From Eutreptiella sp. 'Long Island Sound 2002' (taxonomy: Eukaryota; Protista; Euglenida): DNA of 64,000 bases. Positions 39,783 through 52,040 of this stretch are shown piece after piece. The position numbers and the translations under genes were made by a program. The stretch covers positions 200,074,001-200,138,000 of the forward strand of contig OZ038378.1 of assembly GCA_964036045.1 (NCBI GenBank), written 5' to 3'. The stretch's first letter is position 1. Every line of letters begins with the position of its first letter. The notes beneath the pieces are model-generated. The model was not told the DNA's origin, did no database searches, and worked only from the letters and a program-made list of their open reading frames with translations.

Positions 39783-42700
39783 TGTTGAGTTCGGGGAGGG
39801 GGAAGGCATTGCAATTTGCGTGGCGCATGTTTTGGTTCAAGGGTTTGACACGGGCGGCAACACGCACCTTCAAGGCCCCACTTACAATGCGCTGGAGGAC
39901 CCCAGTCTGCGGCAGCACTTCGCCAACAAAACGTTCAACAAGCACCTGCAGCAGCACCACTTGATTGACAGGACCGGGCGCATTCTGGACTTGGACAAGC
40001 ACAAAAGCAAGCTCCGGATCATTGATCAGGTGTGAGGGGGGGGGGGGGGCACCGCATCCGGGCCATGCGGGACGGCACAGCGGTGGGGGGGAGGGGGATG
40101 AGGGCTGCGCGCGTTGGCAGGTCTCGTCGCGGTGTTGCGCATCATTCTTTTTTCATTGGTCCCCAGGCATGAGGATGGCAGTGAATCGAGGGCACGAAGG
40201 TTTGGACTGGGCACGGCCCATTATCCCGAAGGGGGACAAAAGTGAGCACAATGGCGCGGGGCAGTGGAGGAACGATGCAAAACCATCCGGTTTTTGCGGT
40301 CCCCCGTCTGCTTCATGACCCGCCGCAGCGCATCGCAAATTGCTCTTGTCTTTGTGCTTGAAAATGAGCGGCATAGCCCCCCCCTCATCCCGGTACGACC
40401 CTGTTGCTTGTGCCGACCTTGTTTTCCTCCATTTCGGTTTTGCTGGGGCTGTCTGCAGCCGTGGGCTTTCGAGTCTTGATTTTGGATTCAGGTTCTTGGC
40501 CGGTGACCCCCCCCTCCGCCCGCCCAAAACGAAACAGTACATGACACACCACCTGCAACGCACTGTCCGTGCCCCAGGCCTTCCACCAGTTGTTCCCTGC
40601 AGGCCATCCACCTCCAGTGCTGCCCCATGCTGGCGGGAGGACATTGTGCTCTCCTTGTACCCGAGCCTGCGCATTGGGACTTGGGAGTGGACCTTTCAAT
40701 TGCGTGGGGAAGGGGGGGGGTCAATGGAGCCCATTCTGGCGTGCTTCAAAGGGGTACGGATTGTGCGCATGCACTTATGCACATGAGGTCCCTCTTGGCA
40801 CATTGGCAAGTGGGTTGCCAGGCAATGGTTCATGCCCTGCCACAATCGCTATTGCATTGATAAGGGACGTCTGCGCCCAAATCACCATGCACTGATCCCC
40901 CCTTGTAGACGGATTGTGTGCACCGCGGGCTATTGTTCCCTTGGTGCTGGCTTAGCAGGCCGTGGTCCCGTGTGACCTCTAGATAATATGGATATGAAAC
41001 TCCATTGCTTTTGCCAAGTCCACCTCGCGCAGAATTGGTCTTGACGTGATACCATGAAGTTGGCCAATAGTTTGAGCTATTGAGGCTGAGAATTGCCGAG
41101 CAGCTTGTGCACCAGCCCCCCCCCACCCCCGGCAGGTAATGGCCAAATAGGGTGAAGCTCACATAAAAGGGGTGCAGAACGTGCTTTGCAAGTGATATTT
41201 CGTTGTGTTGGGTACTGAAGCAGGTTTGATGCCATTTTCAATCCAAACGGTGTCTCCCCCGACTCTCAACCAAGCCATGGCCGGGGGGGGCTACTCCTTA
41301 TAAATGAAGGAAACTTTGGTATAAGGTCCCTTGCTGCTCTTTCCTCGTGGATGGTTGACGTTACTTCCGCGTCCCATATCTATGTTGCGCATTCACACTG
41401 CATGTAGCACACAGCCGCCCTGCAGCCCGTGTCCAGTGCACACCTTTTGGCACATAGCATCCTTAAAATCGAAGGAAATATTTGGTACAAGGGGGTATGA
41501 CAGCCACAATCCATAGTCTTTTCGGGTTTTGGTCTGAGGCGGGAGGGATACGCAACAACAGCCCATGCTCTGTTTGGATGTGGCCCCTAGACGGCAGGGA
41601 TGTGCAACCACAATCCATGCTTTGTTAGGTGTGGGCCCAAGACAGTAGGGGATATGTAGCAGCCACAATCCAAGCTCTTTCTGGGCGTGGCCACACTGGC
41701 TACTTCCCTAACGAGTAGCATGAGTGCCTTTTTGTTTGGAGGTGTGCCCTCGGGCCTTTTGGCCATTTTGAGTGCATAGTGAAGTGATCAATGGGAAAAG
41801 AATCAAACCCCCTAAAAGCCCAGGGTGTGTTTATCCCCCATTTTGCGGACAATACAATCCCCCCTTTGGGGGATAACACCATCCCTAAAGGAGTGACGAA
41901 CCCGCCTTCTCAGGTAGCCCCCCCCCCCCCACACGTGGAGGCTGCCTCGCTGCCGCGAGCACCACCAGCTTGAAAACCCCAATGCACACACAACATACGG
42001 GGCGACATGGCGATGACGGGCTCGTTGAACTATTACCGTGGAGCTGGCCCGGCGGAAGCCACGGAGCTACCACCCCACTTTCAGGGTGGTCCTAGGGCAG
42101 CGAGCCAGGTTCTGGCCTAAGTGCATATCGCACTGGTCGAGGGGCAATACAGGGATGCACCCTTGGCCTGCACCGAAGGCCTGCTATAATGGGGAGCGAC
42201 CCGACCCGAGGACGCCAGTGTGGCCATACAGGTCCAACCGGGAAGGCCTGGTGAAAACGGTACTACCCCCCCCCCCCCCACACACACACACATTTACACA
42301 CGCACACCCCAACCCCGCACCCCACCCCGCACAAGGCACAAAGGCAAGGCACATGGCACAAGGCACAAGACACAAGGGGACATGAGATGCAGCATTGGAA
42401 TCGCTGGATGTAGCACACCAGGACAGGGATAGGAAAAACCTGAACGTAGGTGATCAGTGATAGTAGTCATCCACACTTCATTGGTATTGTTCTATGGGGC
42501 CACCCCCAAAGGGGTGATAAAGCCTGCGCTTCTGCATGTATCAAGTTCTCCAAAGGGGTGAAAAAGGTGGGGAAACTCCCATCGGGCCCACCAAGTGCTT
42601 TGTTTGGGGGGAAGGGAGGGGTTAGTGTTGACTTGGCCAATCTATGAATGTGAAATGGTGAGTTGGGTGGCAGGGATCAGTTTTGCTTCTCAGCCGTGCA

Positions 42701-43834
42701 ATTTTTCATTCCCACAAAATCATGTGGACCTACACCTTTGGGAAGTGTTGCATACCCTTGGTTTTGGATCCATTCGCATACCATAGCCCAAGGTGTTACA
42801 TTCAGGTTTTAAACTTGCATAGATTGTTGTTGTTGTATATAGGAGAAGTTTTATCACCTCCCTTTCCAAGGTTGCTACCATCCCCTAGGGGATGTAACGG
42901 GGTTTATCACCCCTTGTGGGGGCAGGGAGGTGACATTGCCCTCCTCCCCAAGAAAACAGGGGGTTTTCGATGAGGAATCCTGGGTTTCTGACAACAACTA
43001 CAGAAACGTGAGTGCACAGTGCGCTGTGCACGCACTGAGCCAAAAGTCGGCTATTTTGGATCACTTTTCCTTGATATTGCAGCGGTTCCTCCGTTGTTGC
43101 GCCGCATAGTGATATTTTTTCACAGTGCCTACTGCAGGACAGCATACCTTTCACTTCATCTCTTTAGACCCACTTTCTCACTCTCCATCAACCTCAGGGT
43201 TGGGAAATAGGGTCTTCTACACCCGCTCCAACGGTGTGCGAGTTCCTGCCATAATGGTTGAGACTGTTCTAGAAGGATTTGATCACTTGGAATATTATTA
43301 AGATGCGGTGAAGGGGGTGAATCGGAACTCCAAGATTGACTCTATCTCCTTCACCATCACAAGTTCCGATTCAGCATCTCACTGCTCACCCAGCCAATCT
43401 TCATCGGGTGGGTGGTTTTCAGGATGGAGTGGTCACGGGGAAGCTCACTCACTATTGGGTGCTGTGCAGAAACAACCCCATAGTACACAAGTTGTACCAG
43501 TTCACGCATCAGTGAAAGGGGAGTGGTTTCATGGACCCCCATTGCTAATACACTAACTGGAGCAGATTGCACAATTTACACCTGTTCTGGGGAAGGAGGG
43601 TCCAGCAATACAGCCCCCCCCCCCCCCCCCCCGGCCGCCCCCCAGCTCCTGCCACAATTGAAAGCAGCCCACCCTTGCCGAGTTCCTTCTACTGTGTGCC
43701 ATCTTGTGCTTCAGGAATTCTGTCAGTCTGAGAACAAGGACCCACTGTTTCAGTCTTTGCCAGCACTTCTGGCCAATTCAAGACCATCCTCTGCTGCTTC
43801 ACGAACGTATTCCACACGCTTACCATCTCCATGA
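39783..43834 (+). CDS. Gene 3: short protein with an ERICH3-N-terminal-like motif. Exons 39783 (or 39842)-40029 and 43715-43834 (TGA); start exon unresolved
   Basis: YNALEDPSLRQHFANKTFNKHLQQHHLIDRTGRIL matches, from memory, the YNxLxDxxLxxxFxNxxxxxHLxxxxLIxRxGRIL pattern of the ERICH3 N-terminus. The donor CAG|gtgtga joins in phase 0 to ttcag|GAATTC, giving ...KLRIIDQ|EFCQSENKDPLF...SP*. Confidence 0.65.
42503..42922. mobile_element. MITE-like element in the gene 3 intron
   Basis: Inverted termini CCCCCAAAGGGGTGATAAA / TTTATCACCCCTTGTGGGGG. Confidence 0.55.
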
Positions 43835-45149
43835 AAGTGTATTTATCAAAAGTCTTTTGCAGCCCAGTCACCCAAGACACCAAAACAAAGAAAATTGTAA
43901 ATTTTATACAATGTGTCACGTTACTGAGAATTTGTCATTGCAAAGCATATTTCATTGTGAGCAGGCTGGCATGCAATGTGGAAAATCCACACACAGTGGG
44001 TGCTCATAGCGTGGGTGCTCATAAGTGAGACCAGCCTTGCACTTGCTGCCATTTCAAGCTCATTTGTGGCAGTTCCTGTGATGTTTTTCCTACCCTAATT
44101 TACATGTCTTCTAGTGCCACATAGCTGATTTCATTTTCCAAAAAGGTGGGCTCTCTCTCCTAACCCTTCTGGTTTTTGTGATTCATTAACACCCCTGACA
44201 AGCATTTCAGTTGCTTTCAGCGATCTTTGGATGTCGGACGATCTTGTGCTCATGAGCTGTGGTCTGATATGGCATACATTGAATTGTTCATGCCAACCCT
44301 GTGACGCATGGTGACATGCAGCACATGGTGTACCCCCAACGTTTTGGGTCATTTATATTAGTTGGCGACAGGGTGTGACAAAGGCGGTGCCCCAAAACCT
44401 CCGGTTGCGGTATCTCAGCCTCTTGTTTTTGAATTATTAGTGCTTCATTTGCTGTGTTGACCGTCTGTCAAACCCATGATCAGCCATTTCCTGCTTGCTA
44501 TTAATTATGGTGTAGTGTTGCTTTGTGGGATCTGAGAACCACCAATCTCTTTTGTTTCCAATGTGCATCTCCAACTAACCGGTCATTGTTCCCTCCAAGT
44601 TGTGAGGTTTTTTCAAAGCCTTACTGCAAAGTCCTATATCACCTCCAAGAGCACCCCAAGGAGTTGAATTGTTGGTTTAACCCCTCCTGAAATCATTCTT
44701 TTGTCCAATAAATGCATCCCCCAATGAGTTTTTGGTCCGGACCTCCCTAGACCCCCCCCCCACTTGAAACCCATTTTTTTGAGGCGTCATGAGGGGGGGG
44801 GGGGGGTCAAAAATGTCGAAAAACACCCCCCTATTTCGTGTTGAGAATCTTTTGGCCGCTTTCAATTTTGAGCCAAAAAAGTGTTTCCGGGTCATGACCC
44901 CATGGGGTATGTATGGGGCGGAGTGGGACAGGCAATCATGCAGTTTATACATTTTTCAGCCATTTTTGCTCTTTCGGCGGTTTTTTGTACATTTTGGCGA
45001 CCTTGGCAACCCCGTGGCACCCACTCTGAAGGGTGCAAGCAGCGATGTTATGACAGTTTCTGCCTACTAGGATACAAAACGGCGGTTTTTGCAGCCTCTA
45101 ACCTTCCCCAGGGCCGGTCATGGCCCGTGTAAAAGACGCGAAATGACTG

Positions 45150-46480
45150 TTTCTGCCAATAATGGCTGACATGTGTGCATTGAGTGGTACAGTACACAAC
45201 CTGCTGATGCATGATGCAGTTGTTCACCCTGTACAGCTCAAGAATCGAAGTTTTCGAAATTTTTTTAAGATCCTGGCTACTCAGAATGATCATCCAAGCT
45301 ATGTAAAGCATGATTTAGGCAGCATTTATGTATTTTTCAGCATAATTGGGGTTGGGGGGGGGGGTTCCTGATGGACGGGCACACAACCTGCTTATGCAGC
45401 TTTTCACCCTGTACAACTCAAAGATCAAAGGTCCTGGACCTCATTTTTTTGATATTGTTGCCACTCACAATAACCATCCAACCTATTTAAAGCATGATTT
45501 AGGCAGTATTTATGTGCTTTTTCCCTTATCTGGGTATTAGGTGGGCGGGGGTGGGGTGGTGAGGTCCCTAAGGGATTGGTACACAACCAGCTTGTGCAGT
45601 TTTTCGCCCGGGGCAACTCACAAATCGAAGCTTGCGCACTTTGTTTTTTGTTGATGTCTTGACCACTCACAATGACCATTCAAGCCATGGAAAGCATGTT
45701 TAAGGCGGTAGTTATGTGTTTTTTACCCTATTCGGGTATTGGATGAACGGGGGGGGGGGGGTTTGTGGCTCATGGGATTGGTACACAACCTATTTATGCA
45801 AGTTTTTAACCTGGAAATCTCAAAAACTCAAGTTTCCGAAAATTATTTTTTTGATAAGGTGACCACTCACAATGACCATCCAAGCTACGTAAAGCATGTT
45901 TTAGGCATAATTTACGTGCTTTTTCGAGGTTGGGGGAGGGGGGGCATGCCGTCCGGGTATGCATTGCTCGCTGTTGATTTTGTGCGAGGTGGATTTGCCG
46001 AAGGCAATTGAATGGTTCAATTTTTTCGATATTTTGACCATTCACAATGATCAAATATTTTTGTAAGGCATGTTTTACAACCTCCTTATGTGCTTTTTAC
46101 CCCATTTGAGTGTTTGTTCAGGGGCAAGGGGCTGGGGAATTATGTGCTTTTGCAACTTTCCAGCCTCGGCTGCTCAAAAATGTACATTTTCAATACCGAT
46201 TTTTTGATGTTTTGGCCATTCGCAATGATCAAACATGTTATGTACGGCATGTGTTAGACCCTATTTATGTGTTTTGCACTCTCGTTGGGTGTTTGGACCT
46301 GGGCAAGAGGCTGTTGCACAACCTGTTTATGCGGTTGTCCAGCCCCGGCAGCTCAAAAATGGAAATTTCCGAAACCATCTGCAATGGGCAAACACTGTAT
46401 TGTATGTAAAGCATGTTTTAGACTTTCTTCATGTGTTTTTCACCCAATTTTGGTGTTGCAGGGGAGGAGGGGGGGCTTCT
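45150..46480. repeat. Degenerate tandem satellite, about 7 units of 160-200 bp
   Basis: Anchor CACAATGAYCATCCAAGCTAYGTAAAGCATG recurs at about 45279, 45464, 45666, 45866, 46041, 46219 and 46379. Confidence 0.85.
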
Positions 46481-47518
46481 CAATGACTTTGTGGGTACTC
46501 AATTGATTGATTGACTATGTGTTTTCTTTGTTCAAGGTAGTTTGCCAATAGCAATAGATTTTGTATGAAAACTACTTTGGGTGATGTCGGCGGACTTTTT
46601 TTTTCGTTGTCTACTTCCTGCAACTCAACTGGACGCTTGTTGATTGTGGTTTCAGGGTTGAAGTGCTCAGGTAAAGAGAGCCCAAATGCTAGCGATGGGG
46701 TACGATTATATATTTTTTTATTGTTGGTATGCAAACAAACCATTGTGCAATATGTGTTTCTTTTAGATGATAGGTGTCGTAGAAATATTGGTGCATTTTA
46801 AACTAGTTTACAGTTGAAGAAGGGAGTTTCCAAGGCAAGGTTGCACAAATGTTTTTCGCGTCAACCCAACTGTTGTTGCAGCAATGTGTAGGCTCAATTT
46901 AATTTTTCAAGTAGCTTCGCGGATTTCAACTTTTAGGATCTCTAAAATTTCAGCAATTGTGCCCCCATTGACATTTATCCATTTGACCATGTAATGCCAC
47001 ACAAATGTGTACGTGTTGGTGTTCATTTGTGATGACACAAGTAGCATGGTTTTGACACTGCCCGTCTCCTAGCTTCCCATTGTGCAAAGAATAAAAGGTT
47101 TTACACCACAATTATCAGGAACCAAGCAACAATGATTGCACAGATACAGTCATCCAAGTTGGTTGTTAAAAGGCAGGTGCAAACACCAATCATCAAGCAA
47201 CAGACACATCCACTGTGAGTAGAAAACTTCATAGAGACTTCATATACACTGTGCGCGGTGATTGCAACACATGCAGTTGGAATTTTCAGCATGCTTATTT
47301 AGGGCATTATGGGACTATTGTGCAGGACCAAACACTTATTTAGGGCATTATGGGACTATTGTGGAGGACCACACGTTTGTACCTGGGCGCAAGAAATTTG
47401 TTTTGTGATTTTGATAGTCTTGGCACAGTTTGTAAAGAATTGGTTTTACGCATTTTGGATGTCAAAATACAAGCTTTTCATTGCTCTTTTGGGTTTGCCA
47501 CTTTGCCTAATGTAAACG

Positions 47519-47944
47519 TAGGGTTCGGAACCAGTACCAATTAATGGGAAAAACCGGATATCGGCAATAATCGGACATTATTTTCAAAACAATTGGCACG
47601 ACCAGTTATTTTGAAAACTGATTGAAACCAATTAATCGGAATGGTTCCAAATTATTTGGGTTCTTTTCATTCAGTACATTCATTTTCATTCAGTACATTT
47701 TGTCCAATTTTTGCACTAAACAGAGGCTTTGGTAGCAATAAGCGATGGCCGATGGTGAATTACAACTTCCGACATAGTTTTGATCACTGTGCTCCGACTT
47801 GTATGGGCTCTCTTTTGCCGATTGCAAGATTTTGGTTAGTAAAAGGCAATCAATCAGAAACGGTAATGGGCCTAACCGGTTATTTTTGTAAAAAAAAATC
47901 GTTTAAAACCGATTATTTTCAAAACTAGTAGGTTCCAAACCTTT
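47519..47944. mobile_element. hAT-like MITE with an 8-bp target-site duplication
   Basis: TIR TAGGGTTCGGAACC / GGTTCCAAACCTTT. Flanks TGTAAACG / TGTGAACG match 7/8. AT-rich interior. Confidence 0.75.
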
Positions 47945-49897
47945 TGTGAACGATGGGATTTTTTGATTGAAAAATTCAATTTTTGCCAGCTTCAGGCGAT
48001 CTCAATCATTGGCTAGCAAAGTTTGCAATCGGGCAGACATAGTTCCGCCAAAACCGCGCGCTTTGTGTCAAGAGATTGAGGAAGAAGTGAGCATTAGCAG
48101 GGCACATGAGGGATGGGGTTGTGGTGCTAACAAGCAGCACGAGGGGCTACAGTGGGAGTTGGTGCAAGGTGGGCGGGTTTGGCACACGGCCATGGTAGTC
48201 TGCGCTTTACCAACACGGTTTGCTAAGACTTGCCAAAAGCAATTGAATTTTTCAAAACGTGACCTTTTCCGAAACCCTTCTGACGCCCCTAGGATAGGGT
48301 TGGGTGATGATTTGGTGACAACATGGGCACTTGGGCACCCATGGGGGCCCACGTGGTGGACGCTGGGCCCATGTAGCGCCAGCCATGGGTCACACCCAAT
48401 ACCCATAAAAAATACATAAATGATGCCGAAAGCTACTTTACATAGTGTGGATGGTCATTCTAAGTGGTCAAGGTATCAAAAAAACAAGTTTCGGAAACTC
48501 TATTGCCTTTGGCAAAACACTTGGAAGAGAGGCTGATAGACAGGCAATTAGTCAGTATTTAGGCAAGCAAACAGTCAACAAGCAGTCAGTTGGGCATCTA
48601 CTCAGACATCAGGCTGGCAGATAAAATTGGCAGGCAGAATCGCACAATCTAGCTTTTTTCATTGGCAGACAACAGCAGTGGCCTACGGTAACAATAAATG
48701 GTTCAATGGTAGAATACTCACCCTACATCCCGCACAACGCCGGTTGGAATCTTGGCCGCCGACTAGTGTCACGCGCCGATTTTTTACCCAACCCTAGTTT
48801 GAATCCTTCAAAGCACAGATTTTTGTATCCCCCCCAAATGTGGTATCTAGTTTTGAAGAAGATAAGAGACCTCAAAATCAACAAATCCATTGGGGGATTG
48901 TTTTGTCAGGCAAAGTAATGATTGTACAAAGGGTTCGACATCCAATATCATGCCTTGGGGTATGTTACACAAACGACCCCAAAAGGGAGGGGGGGGGTGT
49001 ATAGCGACCGCGACTACGTTTGATCTGACTCTTTTCAAGATGACCTCATTTTTTTGATTTTTTTGTTGGATGACTGAAAATTTTAATAAAGTACTCAAGA
49101 CATATGATACAGTGTGGATGAAGCATTCACGGCGCTGTGCACTTCCTTCATCCTGGGGCACCCCCCAAACCACGTGGCAGGGAATGGGTAACATTTGCCA
49201 AAAAGGGGAAGAATTGTGGCCTGAAAGTGTGGGTTGGGAGCAGGGCCAAGCAGGTGGTGGTCCACGTTCAGGAGTGGTTCACGAAAGCATCGGATGAGCA
49301 CCCATAACACTACAGTGCAGTGGTTAGGTTGCCTTCAAAAGAACATTTGGACGTCTGACACTACAGAGCAATGGGGTTGTCACTCTCGCAGGCAGGTTTG
49401 GACCGAATTGGAGGCTCTCAGGAGGCTTGCCCCAATGTTCCTGGTCATCCTGCTCGATTACTTCAGTCCAACTGCCTCCCCCACTATTTCTATCCTTCTT
49501 CCAGAGGTCCAGAGGTCCCCCGCCTTCCACCCTTTCTACCTCCTCTCCTGAACCTCCACCTGGAAACCAATGGGTGAAACCCCCACTCCAACCCTTGCAA
49601 GGGATGCAACCTCTGAGCCAGACAAGCAATGATTGCTTATCTTCATCTTATATCACATGACCTGAAGGCTAAAAAGGAAATGCCATCTTGGCCTTGCTGA
49701 ACTATGTGTTTGGTTCTCGCAGTGTACATAGCTTGTAGTCATCTTGTATGTCTGGTTAGGATGAGCCACCACATGCCTTTTTTAATCTCATGAAACAAAC
49801 TTCTTCTCTGCTACAGGTCTGTACTTGTTTTGAAGAGAGGGAAGCATTTCAGCAATAAACCACCATCGCTGTCTGCAAACCCAGACCTGCTACTCCT

Positions 49898-50013
49898 CAC
49901 CAACCAGCAGAGTGCTTCCTTCTCAAGCAAGCATTATGCGGCAAACGTTTCAATACACCAACCAGCAGAGTGCTTCCTTCTCAAGCAAGCATTATGCGGC
50001 AAACGTTTCAATA
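49898..50013. repeat. Perfect 58-bp tandem duplication
   Basis: CACCAACCAGCAGAGTGCTTCCTTCTCAAGCAAGCATTATGCGGCAAACGTTTCAATA occurs twice. Confidence 0.95.
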
Positions 50014-50545
50014 TGGAGTCATTGCACTTCGAAATGATTCTTGCCACGTTAAAGATATCCACAGTCAGTCGGTAAAAAGCTTAGAGCCACACTCCACACC
50101 GTCCAGCCAACTGAAGCAGCCATTTGTGTTGTCATGAAGGGTTGAACCAACCTGTGTGAGTCACCAATATTATGTCGGCAATCAGATTGCTTGGGTCGCA
50201 GTATGCACGGTGACATCCCGCCAGATCCATGTGCATCTGAAGTGCCTTGAGTGCACACGCCAATGGCATAAGTCACCCCGAAAGTGACACATCAGGTCTG
50301 TTATTTCAAATTTACAGAACACTGCCTCATGTGGACTGAGAAATTGTGGCAGCCCGTCAGGTGTGAGACTGCTAAGTTCGGCCAAGAAGTCTGCAAAAGA
50401 AAAGGCATGTGCGTGCCCTGTTTGGGTGGGGAAAGGAGGAGAGGGTTACTATCCCCCTCTTTACTTTGGCAACTTTCACCAGGGGTCGCTATCCCACTAG
50501 ATGTCTTCAACCCCGTGCGACGCATCCGTCTCTGCCTCCGTCACT

Positions 50546-52000
50546 TCAGCTGCTTTTTTCCCCTTTCTCATCGATAAGCGGGTCTTTGGCGTCTTCGCCC
50601 ACTGCACTTGGGGGAAAGGGCTTGCCATCTTCCAGGAAGGTTTCGCATTGGACTATCAGCGCCCTCACCCAAGTCTGCCCACACTTTTGAGCCATCGCCT
50701 GAGCTGATGAATCGCTGAGCCCCTGGCGCACTTTCTCTCGTTCTACAATGGCATTCACGTATGCCACCGAGAACTGCGCAGCTTGGACAGCAGCAGAATC
50801 CTCGTTGTTGCGCGACTTGCGAAGAACAGTTTCGAAAGCAGTCTGGCTAAATTGGGGGTGCTTCTGGCATCCCACCACCTCCTGGACAACCTCGTCAAGA
50901 GAAAAGGTGCCGTCTTTGAGGCCTGCCAGCAGTGGCGTCAGGACGACACGGATAACACCTTCATCCTCAGGCTGTGCCGGAGGAACATCTTTGGCATTAT
51001 CTGGCTGTGCCGGAGGACCGAGCAACGCCTGGGCTGGGCGAGCTGGGAGGCTAAGCAGTCCCAGCTGCTCAGGGTCTTTCAGCAGCCGGTCCCACTTTTG
51101 GAGTTCCGCAACCATGGCGGACCTCAGTTGTGTGGGTGGACGGCGCTTGCGGACCTCTTCCAACGCCTGGTCACACGACAATCCTGCCCTCCACATTAGG
51201 TAAGCAATGACCAGGGAAGCTGAGCGGTTGACGCCGCGATGGTCATACACCAGCACCTTGCCCTTGCCCTTCAAAGCGGCGTCCAGATATGCGATGTTGT
51301 GAGGGAGGTAGACAACCAAAGAGTTGAGGTCCTCCGTCTGGGTCATTTTCACCTTGTAGTCAAAGACACCAGGGAATAATGGTTCGTCACTGTTCATTGG
51401 TAAGACGTGGGTGATGCCAGCATCCAGCAGCATTTTCTGGCTTTGCGCAGCCTGGATAGAACCGAGGAAGATTCCTTTTACCACCTCGTTCATTGAGGGT
51501 GCAGCCGCACCGGTTTCCTCATGCTGTCGGTGTTTTCCACGGCCTTGTCCCGTCTCAGCGGTGACGTGTGCCGACGGTTTTGGCGACCTAGCGTCAGCAG
51601 GCTTGACAACCTGCCCAGTAACTGCTGCTTGCGGTCCTCCAGCCTCGGCTACTTCTGCTCGCTGTAGTACTTGCCTTGCCTGAGACGTTGGGCTCCTGCG
51701 GTGGACCGATGGTTTGCTCTCGGAGGGCCCTGCAGCAGGCTTGGCCTTTGGACTTTCCTTCCTGGCCTGCGCATTGCCCTCGGAGGGCCCTGCAGGGTTG
51801 GCTTGCCGTTGTTGATCTGCGGGCTTGGGCTTCGGAACCTGTGCCTGCCGTGCGTGACTCTGCTCTGCACCTCCTGAACCTCTGCGACGATGGTTCGAAC
51901 CGTGAGCTGCTCCTGCCGCAGTGCTGTGTGTGGTGACCTGTTGGGAGGGAGTGCCTTCGGAATCCCCACCAAACCAGCTGCTGTTCAGCACCTTCAGCAT
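50546..52000 (-). CDS. Intronless dual-specificity phosphatase (DSP)-fold protein, about 484 aa, predicted pseudophosphatase
   Basis: DSP hallmarks: EVVKGIFLGS...AAQ...LLDAGITHVL...KVLVYDHRGVNRSASLVIAYLM...ALEEVRKRRP...AELQKW. The HCxxGxxRS loop reads YDHRGVNRS. The start MLKVLNSSW is preferred over the track's TTG start because a pyrimidine tract and AG lie 16 nt upstream. Confidence 0.9.
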   Translation of the reverse strand: MLKVLNSSWFGGDSEGTPSQQVTTHSTAAGAAHGSNHRRRGSGGAEQSHARQAQVPKPKPADQQRQANPAGPSEGNAQARKESPKAKPAAGPSESKPSVHRRSPTSQARQVLQRAEVAEAGGPQAAVTGQVVKPADARSPKPSAHVTAETGQGRGKHRQHEETGAAAPSMNEVVKGIFLGSIQAAQSQKMLLDAGITHVLPMNSDEPLFPGVFDYKVKMTQTEDLNSLVVYLPHNIAYLDAALKGKGKVLVYDHRGVNRSASLVIAYLMWRAGLSCDQALEEVRKRRPPTQLRSAMVAELQKWDRLLKDPEQLGLLSLPARPAQALLGPPAQPDNAKDVPPAQPEDEGVIRVVLTPLLAGLKDGTFSLDEVVQEVVGCQKHPQFSQTAFETVLRKSRNNEDSAAVQAAQFSVAYVNAIVEREKVRQGLSDSSAQAMAQKCGQTWVRALIVQCETFLEDGKPFPPSAVGEDAKDPLIDEKGEKSS

Positions 52001-52016
52001 TATGGAAACAGAGGTT

Positions 52017-52040
52017 CTTGAGAAAGCAGGCAGGCAACTC
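52017..52040 (-). promoter_or_regulatory. Putative trans-splice acceptor (polypyrimidine tract plus AG) of the DSP gene
   Basis: The - strand reads ttgcctgcctgctttctcaag|aacctctgtttccataATG. Inference from euglenozoan SL trans-splicing. Confidence 0.45.

Noticed and set aside
44677-44940. TTAA-CCCC start resembling a piggyBac end
   Set aside because: No matching GGG-TTAA right end was found nearby.
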